Of a stretch of 64,000 nt of DNA, positions 17,676 through 27,099 are shown piece after piece. The notes under the pieces were generated by a model that was given only the letters and a program-made list of their open reading frames with translations, was not told the DNA's origin and made no database searches. Made by a program: the position numbers and the translations under genes. This DNA is from an uncultured virus (IMG/VR IMGVR_UViG_3300042319_001124) (lineage: Duplodnaviria; Heunggongvirae; Uroviricota; Caudoviricetes), in the IMG/VR virus record IMGVR_UViG_3300042319_001124; one strand, written 5' to 3'. Position 1 is the first letter of the stretch. Each line of letters opens with the position of its first letter.

Positions 17676-18937
17676 TGAATTTTAGAGCAGCATTTGAAGC
17701 AGGTCAAAAAGGTAGTAATAAAGGTCTTCCTATGGGGGAGGGCCTTAAGACTATCTCACAGGCAATTAATGGAATCCAAAGAGGAAGAATCTACACTGTT
17801 GGTGCTGCCCCAAAGGGAGGGAAGTCAACTTTAGTAGATGTAGGTTTTTGTATAGAACCTGCCATCTATGTATTGGACCATAATGCCAAAATTAAAGCTT
17901 CTATGGAAGTTTTAGCCACTAGACTTGAAACAGTAACTGATGTTGACACTAGACATTCTCTTAATTTAGAGTATGAACAGTTAAATAGAAAGTTAATTGA
18001 TGTTGAGTTTATCTACAATTCTTATGAGATTGATAGAGTAAGTAAAGAGTTTGATTTTGTAGCCCATTTTCTGAACTCAGATTATGGTATTTATGAAATA
18101 AATTTACCTACTGGAAAGACTTATAAGCAAAAAAATGTTGTATCTTTATCCTCCGCTTTCCTAAAAGGCGAGTTAGAATATGATACTACAAACCCTGATG
18201 ATCCTAAAGAAGTTATCAAAGTTTCAAATGAATTGCTTGATCAAATCAAGAATGTTTATAGAAACAGGATAGTCCCTCTTTTTGGAGAATACAATGACAA
18301 GGGAGAAAAAGTTTCTAAGGGATTAATTAAGTTTTTGGAAATCAAAGACAATCCTACTGGAGTTAGAAATTATCTCATTGAGTATGCTAAAGAAAATGGT
18401 GAGTTTCTGTATAGAACTACTGTCAAGGATGGGGTAACCTTTCAGAGAATGATTGGTTATAGACCTAATAATCCTGCTAAGTATGTTATTATCATTACTG
18501 ACCACTTAAGAAAGCTACTTCCTGAGAGAGGTTTCAAAATGAAAGAAACTGTAGATAAATTCTCAGAATATGCTGTAGAGTTTAGAAACACTTGCAATTT
18601 TACTTTTGTGCACATTATCCACCTTAATAGAGCACTAAGTGACATTGGAAGAAGGCAATTTGATGATGACAGATTGTTTCCACAATCTGATGATATCAAA
18701 GAGACAGGTAATCTTAGCGAGGATAGTAATTACATCTTCACTATGTTTAATCCAAATGATGACAAGTTTAACTTGTCTAAGCATTTTGGTAAGGCAATTA
18801 GAAGACCTGATAAATCTCTTTTATATCCTTTTATGAGAACTATACATTTAGTTGAGTCTAGGCATTGTGTTTGTCCTCAACACTTTAGAGTCAACATGTA
18901 TGGTGATGTTAAGAAGTTTGAACCTTTAACTATTTAA
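17675..18937 (+). CDS. dnaB: DnaB-like replicative helicase
   Basis: GAAPKGGKST Walker A, IIITDH, IIHLNR, DIKETGNLSEDS. Confidence 0.85.
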   Translation: MNFRAAFEAGQKGSNKGLPMGEGLKTISQAINGIQRGRIYTVGAAPKGGKSTLVDVGFCIEPAIYVLDHNAKIKASMEVLATRLETVTDVDTRHSLNLEYEQLNRKLIDVEFIYNSYEIDRVSKEFDFVAHFLNSDYGIYEINLPTGKTYKQKNVVSLSSAFLKGELEYDTTNPDDPKEVIKVSNELLDQIKNVYRNRIVPLFGEYNDKGEKVSKGLIKFLEIKDNPTGVRNYLIEYAKENGEFLYRTTVKDGVTFQRMIGYRPNNPAKYVIIITDHLRKLLPERGFKMKETVDKFSEYAVEFRNTCNFTFVHIIHLNRALSDIGRRQFDDDRLFPQSDDIKETGNLSEDSNYIFTMFNPNDDKFNLSKHFGKAIRRPDKSLLYPFMRTIHLVESRHCVCPQHFRVNMYGDVKKFEPLTI

Positions 18938-18946
18938 AATTACAAA

Positions 18947-19657
18947 ATGGCAAAAGTGCTAGTATTAGCCCCAAGTGGGTTTGGTAAGTCCACCAGTATA
19001 GGACAGATTCCTGAATTGGGAATCAAAGGTTTAAATCCAGAAGAAACGTATTTGATTTCAGTTACTTCTAAACCTCTTCCTTTTAGAGGAAGTGGAGCAG
19101 CTTATCCTATTACTACTGCAGCTGATTTAAAATCAGGCAGAAGAGTAATCACTGATAACGCAAAAGACATAGAAACCATCTTTTTAAACTTAGTAAACAG
19201 TCCATACAAAAACATTGTGTGGGATGATTCAAACTATGTAATGCAGAATTGGTATATGGCTAATGCTTTAGCAAAAGGTTGGGATGCCCCTAAACAAATT
19301 GGTTTTATGATGGGTAAAATATTTGACGCTATTGAGAAACTAGATGCTGCAGGTAAAAATGTAATCATCTTAGCTCATGGTGACAGTGTTGCAGGCCCTG
19401 ATGGTAGAATCTACATGAAGTATAAATCTACAGGTAAGATGGTAGATGAGTATTTGACTGTAGAGGGTAAAGTAGATGTTACTCTTATTGGTATTAGTAG
19501 ATATGATGCTACTGAAAAGAAAGCTGTAAAAGAGTTCTTAACTAATGAGAATGAGCAATATTCTTCAGCTAAATCACCTATTGGTATGTTTGATAAACAA
19601 TTCATTCCAAATGATTTAGGGTATGTAACTGATAAAATCGCTGAATATTATGGATAA
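18947..19657 (+). CDS. P-loop ATPase (AAA_24/Sak4-like)
   Basis: APSGFGKSTS, VWDD, ILAH, AKSPIGMF. Confidence 0.8.
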   Translation: MAKVLVLAPSGFGKSTSIGQIPELGIKGLNPEETYLISVTSKPLPFRGSGAAYPITTAADLKSGRRVITDNAKDIETIFLNLVNSPYKNIVWDDSNYVMQNWYMANALAKGWDAPKQIGFMMGKIFDAIEKLDAAGKNVIILAHGDSVAGPDGRIYMKYKSTGKMVDEYLTVEGKVDVTLIGISRYDATEKKAVKEFLTNENEQYSSAKSPIGMFDKQFIPNDLGYVTDKIAEYYG

Positions 19658-19838
19658 TGGATTATTGCTTATAGCTTCTGTAATAGGAGTTATAATAGGA
19701 AGCCTTGTTACTATTGTTAGCCTAGCTTTATTAAGAAAAGATGCTCCTAGACAAGAAGAAGAAGCTACTCTTACTCTTACTTTAAAAGATGCACCTATTA
19801 AGAAAAAACCAGGTAGACCAAAAAAAGTTAAAATTTAA
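19650..19838 (+). CDS. Membrane-anchored protein with AT-hook-like tail
   Basis: N-terminal TM helix; C-terminal KKKPGRPKK. Confidence 0.55.
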   Translation: MDNGLLLIASVIGVIIGSLVTIVSLALLRKDAPRQEEEATLTLTLKDAPIKKKPGRPKKVKI

Positions 19839-19854
19839 TTAAACATTAGAAAAA

Positions 19855-20154
19855 ATGTCACAAGAAAAAATTCAAATTACTTTGTCAGTATTGACAGAAC
19901 AAGTTAATGCAGGTATGAAAAAAACTGCTTTAGCTCAACACTATGGCTTGAAAGAGTCTCAAATGACTAAAGTTTTACAAGCTGCAGGTCTTAAAATCAG
20001 AAAATTTCATGCACCAGTTTTTGAATTGGTAAATGATTTGAATGAAACTGAAGCTCCTCAAGCACAAGTAGAAGAAGTTACAAATCAACCTTTACTATTT
20101 GATGCTATAGAAGAAGAAGCACATGCTCCTGAACCAGTTGAAAATTGGAGTTAA
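19855..20154 (+). CDS. Small HTH-like protein with acidic tail
   Basis: GMKKTALAQHYGLKESQMTKVL. Confidence 0.6.
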   Translation: MSQEKIQITLSVLTEQVNAGMKKTALAQHYGLKESQMTKVLQAAGLKIRKFHAPVFELVNDLNETEAPQAQVEEVTNQPLLFDAIEEEAHAPEPVENWS

Positions 20155-20187
20155 TAAATTGTTTAATTAAATAAAAGAAGACTAGTT

Positions 20188-20961
20188 ATGTCACAATTAC
20201 AAGGATACGGATTTGTATCAGATTCAGATGAATCATTGAAAACCAAAAGTGGAGCAAGATTTGGTGGTAACTTTGGTGTTGCTACATTAGCAAAATTTGC
20301 TTATTCTCCTAATGTTGCTAAAGAAGGACAAGAGCCAAGAGAGGCTATTGAAATTGAATTGAAAGTAGGAGATAGAAGTTACAAAGAGTGGATTAATCCT
20401 GTAAATCGTGTTGTTGATAAAAACAATGCTGAGATTACAGATAAAGCTTCTGCAGAGTATATTGCAGGTTTTAACACTCTAGTAAATCAGCAAAATGCTA
20501 CAGTAACTCACTACTTAAAATCAGTAGGTGTAACTGAAGAAGCACTTAAAGCTGCATTTATTAACCCTGTAACTGGCTTTGCTGACTATGCAACAAGAAT
20601 TTGTTCTTTATTACCTATGGGTTATAACAACAAACCTCTTGACTTGTTCTTAGAGTACCAATGGAATTTTGGTAAGAAACAAGATGGAACTATGAATGAT
20701 AAAACTTATCCTACTTTGCCTAAGAACATGAAGGGTGGTTATTTCATTGTTCCTGCACAACCTGGAGTTTGGGTTGAGAAAAGAGCTGAAGATGGTTCTT
20801 TATCTTATGAGAACTCTAATGGACAGAAACATCCTTTTGAAAGAGATGCTAACTTCATGACAGGTAACAAAGGTACTCAACAAGTATTAGGTCAAGCTTC
20901 TGCTGCAGCTTCCCCAATGGGAGTAGCATCAGTAGCAGGTAATGCTGCAGGTAACTGGTAA
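20188..20961 (+). CDS. Putative ssDNA-binding protein
   Basis: Lies between the AAA ATPase and primase; flexible tail ending in W; function inferred. Confidence 0.5.
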   Translation: MSQLQGYGFVSDSDESLKTKSGARFGGNFGVATLAKFAYSPNVAKEGQEPREAIEIELKVGDRSYKEWINPVNRVVDKNNAEITDKASAEYIAGFNTLVNQQNATVTHYLKSVGVTEEALKAAFINPVTGFADYATRICSLLPMGYNNKPLDLFLEYQWNFGKKQDGTMNDKTYPTLPKNMKGGYFIVPAQPGVWVEKRAEDGSLSYENSNGQKHPFERDANFMTGNKGTQQVLGQASAAASPMGVASVAGNAAGNW

Positions 20962-20986
20962 TAAATTAATTTAATCCTCTTCTATT

Positions 20987-22033
20987 ATGAGCCCATATCA
21001 ATTTAATACAGATAACTTAGATAGAAGAGGTTTTATTAGTAAAGAAAGCATCTTACAATTAGTTTCACAAGAAGAGATATTCAAATTAGTTTTTGGATTT
21101 ATTCCTGTTGAATTTGACCTTGTTCACTCTCCTTTAAGAAAGGATAGGACTCCAGGGTGTTGGTTTGAATACCACATGGAAAAACTTAGATTCATAGATT
21201 TTGCTAATTCTAATGTTGTTAAAGGTATTAAGCTTTCCAATATGGATTGTTTTGATATGGTAACAGTTTATTTTAATCTTCCTAATTTCTATTTGACCCT
21301 TGAATTTATCTATAACTCTTTAATTAAAGGGAAAGAAATATCAAGACCTATAGTAAATAATACAGGGATAGTTAAAGAGGCTAAACCCAAAGTCAAAATC
21401 CTAATTGAAAGTAGACCTTTTAGTATTGCTGACAGAGATTATTGGAAGCAGTATGACATTAAGAAGAAGGATTTGATAGAAGATAAAGTTTTTCCTGTCA
21501 AAAAGTTTTATGCTTTAAATACAAGAGCAGGTCACATTATATCTGATTGCCATGATTTGGCATATAGTTATAATGATTTTCCTGAAGCAAGAAAAAAGCT
21601 TTATTTCCCTATGAGAACAGGTAAACAAAGATTCCTTACTAATTGTACAAAGAATGATATAGGTGGAATTACTTCATTGTTGACGTATGGTAAAGAATTA
21701 ATAATTACAAAGGCTTATAAGGATTATAGAGTGCTGAAGAACAGTGGTAAGAATGTAATATGGTTTCAGAATGAAGGTATGATACCAAATGATACTATCA
21801 TAAACAGATTGGTTAATCATTTTGAAAACATCATTGTCTGGTTTGATAATGACCAGGCTGGTATTACAGCTTCTGAAAAGATCAAATTACATATCAATAA
21901 CATTGTTCCATGTAAAGCAAAGAATTTATGGCTTCCTGAAAGAGGATTAGAAGTGGGAATTAAAGACCCTTCTGATTGTATAGCAAAAGACAAGCAATAT
22001 TTTTATCAATTTTTAAAAGATTTTACGAGGTGA
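20987..22033 (+). CDS. DNA primase (TOPRIM)
   Basis: SPLRKDRTPGC at the N-terminus; IITK..KD, WFDNDQAG, KDPSD. Confidence 0.85.
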   Translation: MSPYQFNTDNLDRRGFISKESILQLVSQEEIFKLVFGFIPVEFDLVHSPLRKDRTPGCWFEYHMEKLRFIDFANSNVVKGIKLSNMDCFDMVTVYFNLPNFYLTLEFIYNSLIKGKEISRPIVNNTGIVKEAKPKVKILIESRPFSIADRDYWKQYDIKKKDLIEDKVFPVKKFYALNTRAGHIISDCHDLAYSYNDFPEARKKLYFPMRTGKQRFLTNCTKNDIGGITSLLTYGKELIITKAYKDYRVLKNSGKNVIWFQNEGMIPNDTIINRLVNHFENIIVWFDNDQAGITASEKIKLHINNIVPCKAKNLWLPERGLEVGIKDPSDCIAKDKQYFYQFLKDFTR

Positions 22034-22569
22034 ACTTTAAACATATTCATCATTCATGGAAACCTCTTATGAATGAATTTAATACAGATGCTTTTCTTTA
22101 CTTTAAGAATGAAGTATTACCCCAAGAGAAATATTACCCTGAAGCTGATGAAGTCTTCAGGGTTTTTTCTATGCCTGTGTATAGTATCAGAGTAGTGATT
22201 GTAGGTAGATTTAAGCAATTAGACTTAGCCCCTAAAGATATAGAGGGCGTATTTAGGCTACCCATTTCCTTAACACAAGGTGCAGACACAGACCATACAG
22301 AACATTGGGAACCCTTCATTAAAAAGGTTATCTATTTTATTGCAAAAACAAATTCTTGCATTTGGGTTATGCCCACAACAGAAGCACAAAGATTTACAGC
22401 TAATCTACCTGGAAGATCTATTTTTAATGTGCTAAGATACACAGATGACAGCATCCAAGGTATCCCAACAAGTGTAGATTACAATTACATCTTTAAAGGC
22501 AAATATGTCAACTTAGACCATATTAATGTCATATTAAAGAAACTTAGAAAAAAAATAATTAACTGGTAA
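22030..22569 (+). CDS. Uracil-DNA glycosylase homolog with degenerate active site
   Basis: HHSWK, YYPEADEVFRVF, RVVIVG and HWEPFIKKVI match family-1 UNG, but GQDPY and HPSP are absent. Probable GTG start overlapping the primase stop. Confidence 0.7.
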   Translation: MNFKHIHHSWKPLMNEFNTDAFLYFKNEVLPQEKYYPEADEVFRVFSMPVYSIRVVIVGRFKQLDLAPKDIEGVFRLPISLTQGADTDHTEHWEPFIKKVIYFIAKTNSCIWVMPTTEAQRFTANLPGRSIFNVLRYTDDSIQGIPTSVDYNYIFKGKYVNLDHINVILKKLRKKIINW

Positions 22570-22587
22570 TTTTAAATTTAAAATCTC

Positions 22588-23193
22588 ATGAGAGAAATCA
22601 CTATTTATGCCACTAGAGGTGGTAACACACAGAAAATTAGCACTGATGTAACAACTTGGGGAGAATTGCAACCTTTAGTAAGAAATGCAGGTTTTGACTT
22701 GTCTTCTTTAATGGCAGCAGAGAATGTTAACAAGACAGACCTTGTTAATGATTTAGCAGTATTGCCTTCAAGTGACTTCAGATTATTCTTGAGACCTAAA
22801 CAAACTAAATCAGGTTCTGATAGAAAAATTCTTTTTGAAGCTATCAAAGAGTTTACTAAACAAAATCCTGATAAGAAAGGTTGTTTTGTTGTTGAAGGCA
22901 GAAACATGACTCAGTTAGCTACTTCTGTATTAGAAGATTTATACAACAGCATCATTGCAGCAGAAATGCAACAAGCTAGAGCTGAAGTTAAATCTGTAGC
23001 TGTAGAAGAAGCTGATGATGTTACTCGTGTACTTCAAGCTAGAAACACTATTGCTCCTTTATACAACTATGATAATTTTGACAAAGCTGACAAAGCTTTG
23101 AAGAAATTAGGTAAAGAAGCTAAAGGTTATCTTCCTAAGACTAGTACAGAAGAAGATGATTTGGCTAGAGAAGCTAGAGAATTAGGTTATTAA
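22588..23193 (+). CDS. Ubiquitin-like (beta-grasp) protein with C-terminal extension
   Basis: Residues 1-76 show a beta-beta-alpha (TWGEL) ... beta (FRLFLRP) pattern ending KQTKSG, followed by a 125-aa helical tail; adjacent to E2, JAB and E1. Confidence 0.7.
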   Translation: MREITIYATRGGNTQKISTDVTTWGELQPLVRNAGFDLSSLMAAENVNKTDLVNDLAVLPSSDFRLFLRPKQTKSGSDRKILFEAIKEFTKQNPDKKGCFVVEGRNMTQLATSVLEDLYNSIIAAEMQQARAEVKSVAVEEADDVTRVLQARNTIAPLYNYDNFDKADKALKKLGKEAKGYLPKTSTEEDDLAREARELGY

Positions 23194-23201
23194 TATTAAC
23201 C

Positions 23202-23231
23202 AAAGGGCTTGTGAAATACCAAGCCCTTTTT
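23202..23231 (+). terminator. Intrinsic terminator or attenuator between Ubl and E2
   Basis: aaagggcttg-tgaaatac-caagcccttttt. Confidence 0.7.
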
Positions 23232-23243
23232 AATTTTTAAATT

Positions 23244-24449
23244 ATGCATAGTATTGATGAAACTATTGTATTCAGACCTTCAAGTCTAATACAGCGTTAT
23301 TTACTTAATGCTGAAAATGTAGGGATTCATAGACAAAGACCTGTTATTGAATTTGTATTTCGTAAGTATTTATCTTTTAATATTTATGAAGATGATTTAG
23401 AAGACTGTATTGAGCAGTTTGTAGAAATTACAGAGTTATTTTACAACAAATACAAAGCAAATGTTTCTTTAGGTTTTAGAAAAGTAGATGATAGAACCTT
23501 GTTTGAACCTTTCTTTAAAGTAATTTATCCTGAAATAGTTATTACTAATTCTAATAGGAAATCTCACACTATAAAAGACCTTATTGTAGTTCATACATTT
23601 TCTTATTCTAATAGTAAGTTATATCCTTTAAGACCTTTGGGTACAAGAGGTAAATTAACTCTTAAAGAAGAAGCTGCAGGTTATTTACACAGCCATTTAC
23701 CTAGTAAAAGTGATTGGGTAGATGCACCATTAAAATTAGGTACTTTTTGTATTGGTAATGATACTGATGTAAGTAGAATGTTAGCTGAAATAGAGTGTAC
23801 AGAGTGGGACATAAATAGATATGAATTGTATTTATTTTGTGTAGATACTATGATGCACTGGGAATCTTTAGAAGGTGTTCCTCATATTAGAATGGAAAAT
23901 ATTGATAATGCTTTGTCTAAAAGAGTACTTTCTTTTTCTTCTTCTTTGGGTGATAAATTAGTAGACAAGATATTGCATCATAAAATACCTTTAAATGTAG
24001 ATTTCTATGTAGATGAAGGTAGATACAAAATAGTAGCTAATGAAAAAAGTAATCTTTTTATAAAAGAACAAATACTGAACTTTATTCATCTTGACCGTAG
24101 AAGTATATTAGTCACTAGAGTTCCTAATAAATATGAAAATTACTTAGAAATGCCTTTAAATGTTTCTAGAGAAGCAAGACCAAAGAATTTTACTTCTAAG
24201 TATACTAAGTTTGGTAATACTAAATATTACCCTAGCAGAATCCTTGATGCCCCCCAAAAAAGAAATGTCGAGAATGATCTTGACAATTTTATTGTTTATC
24301 CTAAATTTTTAAATTATGTCCTTAGAGAACTCGAATATCAAATTTACAAAGCCGCAATTACCAAAAGTGCAGCTAACCTCCTTAGTCAAAGTGATAATGC
24401 CAGAAATGGTGCTGAATCAGATACAATATCTGTGCAAGTTAATTTCTAA
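23244..24449 (+). CDS. Prokaryotic E2 (ubiquitin-conjugating enzyme)-like protein
   Basis: YLHSHLP...GTFCIG corresponds to the E2 HxH/N...C(L/I)G signature (Cys codon 23748-23750); gene context supports this. Confidence 0.65.
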   Translation: MHSIDETIVFRPSSLIQRYLLNAENVGIHRQRPVIEFVFRKYLSFNIYEDDLEDCIEQFVEITELFYNKYKANVSLGFRKVDDRTLFEPFFKVIYPEIVITNSNRKSHTIKDLIVVHTFSYSNSKLYPLRPLGTRGKLTLKEEAAGYLHSHLPSKSDWVDAPLKLGTFCIGNDTDVSRMLAEIECTEWDINRYELYLFCVDTMMHWESLEGVPHIRMENIDNALSKRVLSFSSSLGDKLVDKILHHKIPLNVDFYVDEGRYKIVANEKSNLFIKEQILNFIHLDRRSILVTRVPNKYENYLEMPLNVSREARPKNFTSKYTKFGNTKYYPSRILDAPQKRNVENDLDNFIVYPKFLNYVLRELEYQIYKAAITKSAANLLSQSDNARNGAESDTISVQVNF

Positions 24450-25530
24450 AGTAGAGTGGTCAGGAGCTCTATTCTATACTACAGAGGGTAATATAGAAGA
24501 TCCTGAAAATTTTGTCATTACTCTTAAAACTATACTTCCTCTAGATATGGGTTCTCAAGCCTATACTGAGTACAATCTTGATGAAAGATTTATAGATTTT
24601 ATAGATGCAGATTTTGATGAAAGATGCACTTGGAAATTAGGGCATATCCATAGCCATAATACTATGGCAGTATTTTTCTCAGGTACAGACCTAGCAGAAT
24701 TAAATGATAATGCACCTAGCCATAACTTTTATCTTTCTCTTATTGTAAACAACTTTATGGATTTTACTGCTAAAGTTGCTTTTATTGGAGAAGCTAAACA
24801 AAGTATTAAACAGGTTCCTTTTACAGCTATGAATGTGAAGGGTCATAGTTACATTATTGAAGAGCAAGACTTTGTAGTTGATAGTAAGAAACTATTTATG
24901 TATGATTGTGATATACAGTCTCCATTAGTTTCTATTACTGTTGATGAAGATTTTGCAAATCAGGTAAAAGAGATTATGAAACCTAAACCTGTAGCTCCCA
25001 GGAATAATTATTTACCAACCAGCTATACTCCAAATGCCTGGACTAAGGGAGCCCATACAGATCCAAACAGCTCCAAAAAATTTCAAGACTATAGTCAAAA
25101 TTCTCTCTACAGTAAAAACAACTATAATCAAAGGACTTTATTTGATGACTGGGATACGCCTATGCAAGGATATGGATTAATTGAACACGAAGAAGATATC
25201 CAAAACTTATGTATGGACTTATTCAATGTGTCTAATTTAAGACTAGAACACAATGATACTTTAGAAGATATTATAGAACTTTTACAAGAAGTGCCTATGA
25301 CTCCTCAAGAGATAGCTAAAAGTGTAATTACAAATTATGCTAAGTCATTTAATAAGTATTTTCCAAAGGCTACTTCAGAAGAGTTTGTACAGTATTCAGG
25401 AGAAGTTGTTGACTTATTAGATGAACATGTAATAATGTATCCTTTTATTAAACCAAGTGTAACCACCATAGAAAATATGGTAATAAAATTCATGGAAGAT
25501 GGCACAGAATCTACAAAATTCAAGATTTAA
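24316..25530 (+). CDS. JAB/JAMM (MPN+) metallo-isopeptidase
   Basis: VEWSG plus canonical HxH-x7-S-x2-D: HSHNTMAVFFSGTD. Confidence 0.88.
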   Translation: MSLENSNIKFTKPQLPKVQLTSLVKVIMPEMVLNQIQYLCKLISKVEWSGALFYTTEGNIEDPENFVITLKTILPLDMGSQAYTEYNLDERFIDFIDADFDERCTWKLGHIHSHNTMAVFFSGTDLAELNDNAPSHNFYLSLIVNNFMDFTAKVAFIGEAKQSIKQVPFTAMNVKGHSYIIEEQDFVVDSKKLFMYDCDIQSPLVSITVDEDFANQVKEIMKPKPVAPRNNYLPTSYTPNAWTKGAHTDPNSSKKFQDYSQNSLYSKNNYNQRTLFDDWDTPMQGYGLIEHEEDIQNLCMDLFNVSNLRLEHNDTLEDIIELLQEVPMTPQEIAKSVITNYAKSFNKYFPKATSEEFVQYSGEVVDLLDEHVIMYPFIKPSVTTIENMVIKFMEDGTESTKFKI

Positions 25531-26197
25531 AGATGCTGCTTGGTTTCCTCAAGAAGAAGGAGTTACTACTCTTGTTGGTGGAGCAGGTGGTATAGGCAGT
25601 TGGTTAGCTTTTTTCCTGTCTCGGATAGGATATAAAGTTAACATTTATGACTTTGACTTAGTGGAAGACCACAATTTAGGTGGACAATTATTTACTGAAA
25701 AAGATTTAGGTAGATCTAAAGTATCTGCTGTATCTAATATGGTATATAGTTTTTCAACAAATAGGGATATAAGAACTCACGCAGAGCCTGTTACTATAAA
25801 CACTCCTACTCATTGGTTTTGTTTTTCTGCTTTTGACAATATGGAAGCAAGAAATGCATTATTTGAAGTATGGAGAAGGTCTTGGGAAATTGTTCCTGAA
25901 GGTGTTACTCCTTTATTTATTGATGGTAGACTAGAGTTAGAGCAATTACAAGTATTTTGTGTAACTCCTGAAAATGCAAATAGGTATAAAACAGAACATT
26001 TATTTGATGACAGCGTTGTAGAAGAAGCTCCATGTACTATGAAGCAAACTTCTCATACTGCAGCAATGATAGGTTCTATTATGACTGCATTTTTCACTAA
26101 TCATATCGCTAACACTTATGCAGAAGAGACTATCAGAGAAGTCCCTTTCTACTATGAATTTGTAGTTCCTATGAACTACACTTACAGTGAGATATGA
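25499..26197 (+). CDS. E1/ThiF-family adenylyltransferase
   Basis: VGGAGGIGS, YDFDLVEDHNLGGQ, AFDNMEAR, IDGR; candidate catalytic Cys in EEAPCT. Confidence 0.9.
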   Translation: MAQNLQNSRFKDAAWFPQEEGVTTLVGGAGGIGSWLAFFLSRIGYKVNIYDFDLVEDHNLGGQLFTEKDLGRSKVSAVSNMVYSFSTNRDIRTHAEPVTINTPTHWFCFSAFDNMEARNALFEVWRRSWEIVPEGVTPLFIDGRLELEQLQVFCVTPENANRYKTEHLFDDSVVEEAPCTMKQTSHTAAMIGSIMTAFFTNHIANTYAEETIREVPFYYEFVVPMNYTYSEI

Positions 26198-27057
26198 GAA
26201 TTACAAGTTATGATAGATATGGAGGGAGACCATTAGACAGGTTTAATTTAACTATGCCTGATCTTTGTCCTTATCTTCCAATTTATGCAGTGTATTTAAG
26301 TCATGCAATAGATGGAGACCACTATTTCTCTAAACCTAATTTTTATGAGGCTATTCCTAAAAGCAATACCTTGAATAATATAAAAATGGGTTTAGAAGAA
26401 TCTTTAACACCTCTGAAAATATCAGTTAATTCCAATACTCTTTATTTTGTTAAAGGTGCTATATATGATGCACTGTATAATCCTTTACTTATGTTAGCAA
26501 GTAAAGAAAACAAATTTGTATCTCATGATGAGAGATATGAAAACTTCTCCTACAATAATTACGTTTTATTTTATTCTACTTCTTTTTTTACTAACCCAAA
26601 TTTAAAAGCTCTAGACAGAAGACTTCAAAAAGAAATATTACTGTCTTGTTATCAAAAAGGTATAGAGGTCAGATTAGTTACCTCTCAAGAAATTGAAAGA
26701 AATACCTTTACAAGACTATTTGAAGTCAAGAAAACTAGTTCAATTAATCAACTAGATATGTACATGAAAGCAGTATTACCTAATTTTATCTATACAGGAA
26801 ACGAGGACTATCCTGAAGAACAAAAGAGAGTAATAATTGCCCCTATTTCTGAAACTCTTTCTTTAGAAGAAGAAGCTTTGCTATTTGATGCAGGTGCTTC
26901 TATTAATATAGAAGAACTTCTAAGAGAAGAGAGAAGAGAAGAAATGGAAAACTACATAGCCCAGCAGAGAACTACCCATATAGAAACTGCAGTGATCAAT
27001 TCTACTATTTTAGCAGAAAGAGACACATGGAGATTAGTTGATGATTTACAGAACTAG
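26194..27057 (+). CDS. Hypothetical protein translationally coupled to E1
   Basis: ATGA overlap; 287 aa with acidic C-terminal region. Confidence 0.7.
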   Translation: MRITSYDRYGGRPLDRFNLTMPDLCPYLPIYAVYLSHAIDGDHYFSKPNFYEAIPKSNTLNNIKMGLEESLTPLKISVNSNTLYFVKGAIYDALYNPLLMLASKENKFVSHDERYENFSYNNYVLFYSTSFFTNPNLKALDRRLQKEILLSCYQKGIEVRLVTSQEIERNTFTRLFEVKKTSSINQLDMYMKAVLPNFIYTGNEDYPEEQKRVIIAPISETLSLEEEALLFDAGASINIEELLREERREEMENYIAQQRTTHIETAVINSTILAERDTWRLVDDLQN

Positions 27058-27099
27058 TAAGGTATTTAAGTTTTTATTAATAATCCTTAAAAATCTTAT

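Noticed and set aside
12689..18937. Introns or inteins in PolA and the helicases
   Set aside because: Reading frames are continuous with ordinary sizes, and no intein or homing endonuclease motifs were seen
25499..26197. ThiF as a thiamine/molybdopterin biosynthesis gene
   Set aside because: No thi or moa genes and no C-terminal GG sulfur carrier nearby; neighbours are E2-like and JAB genes
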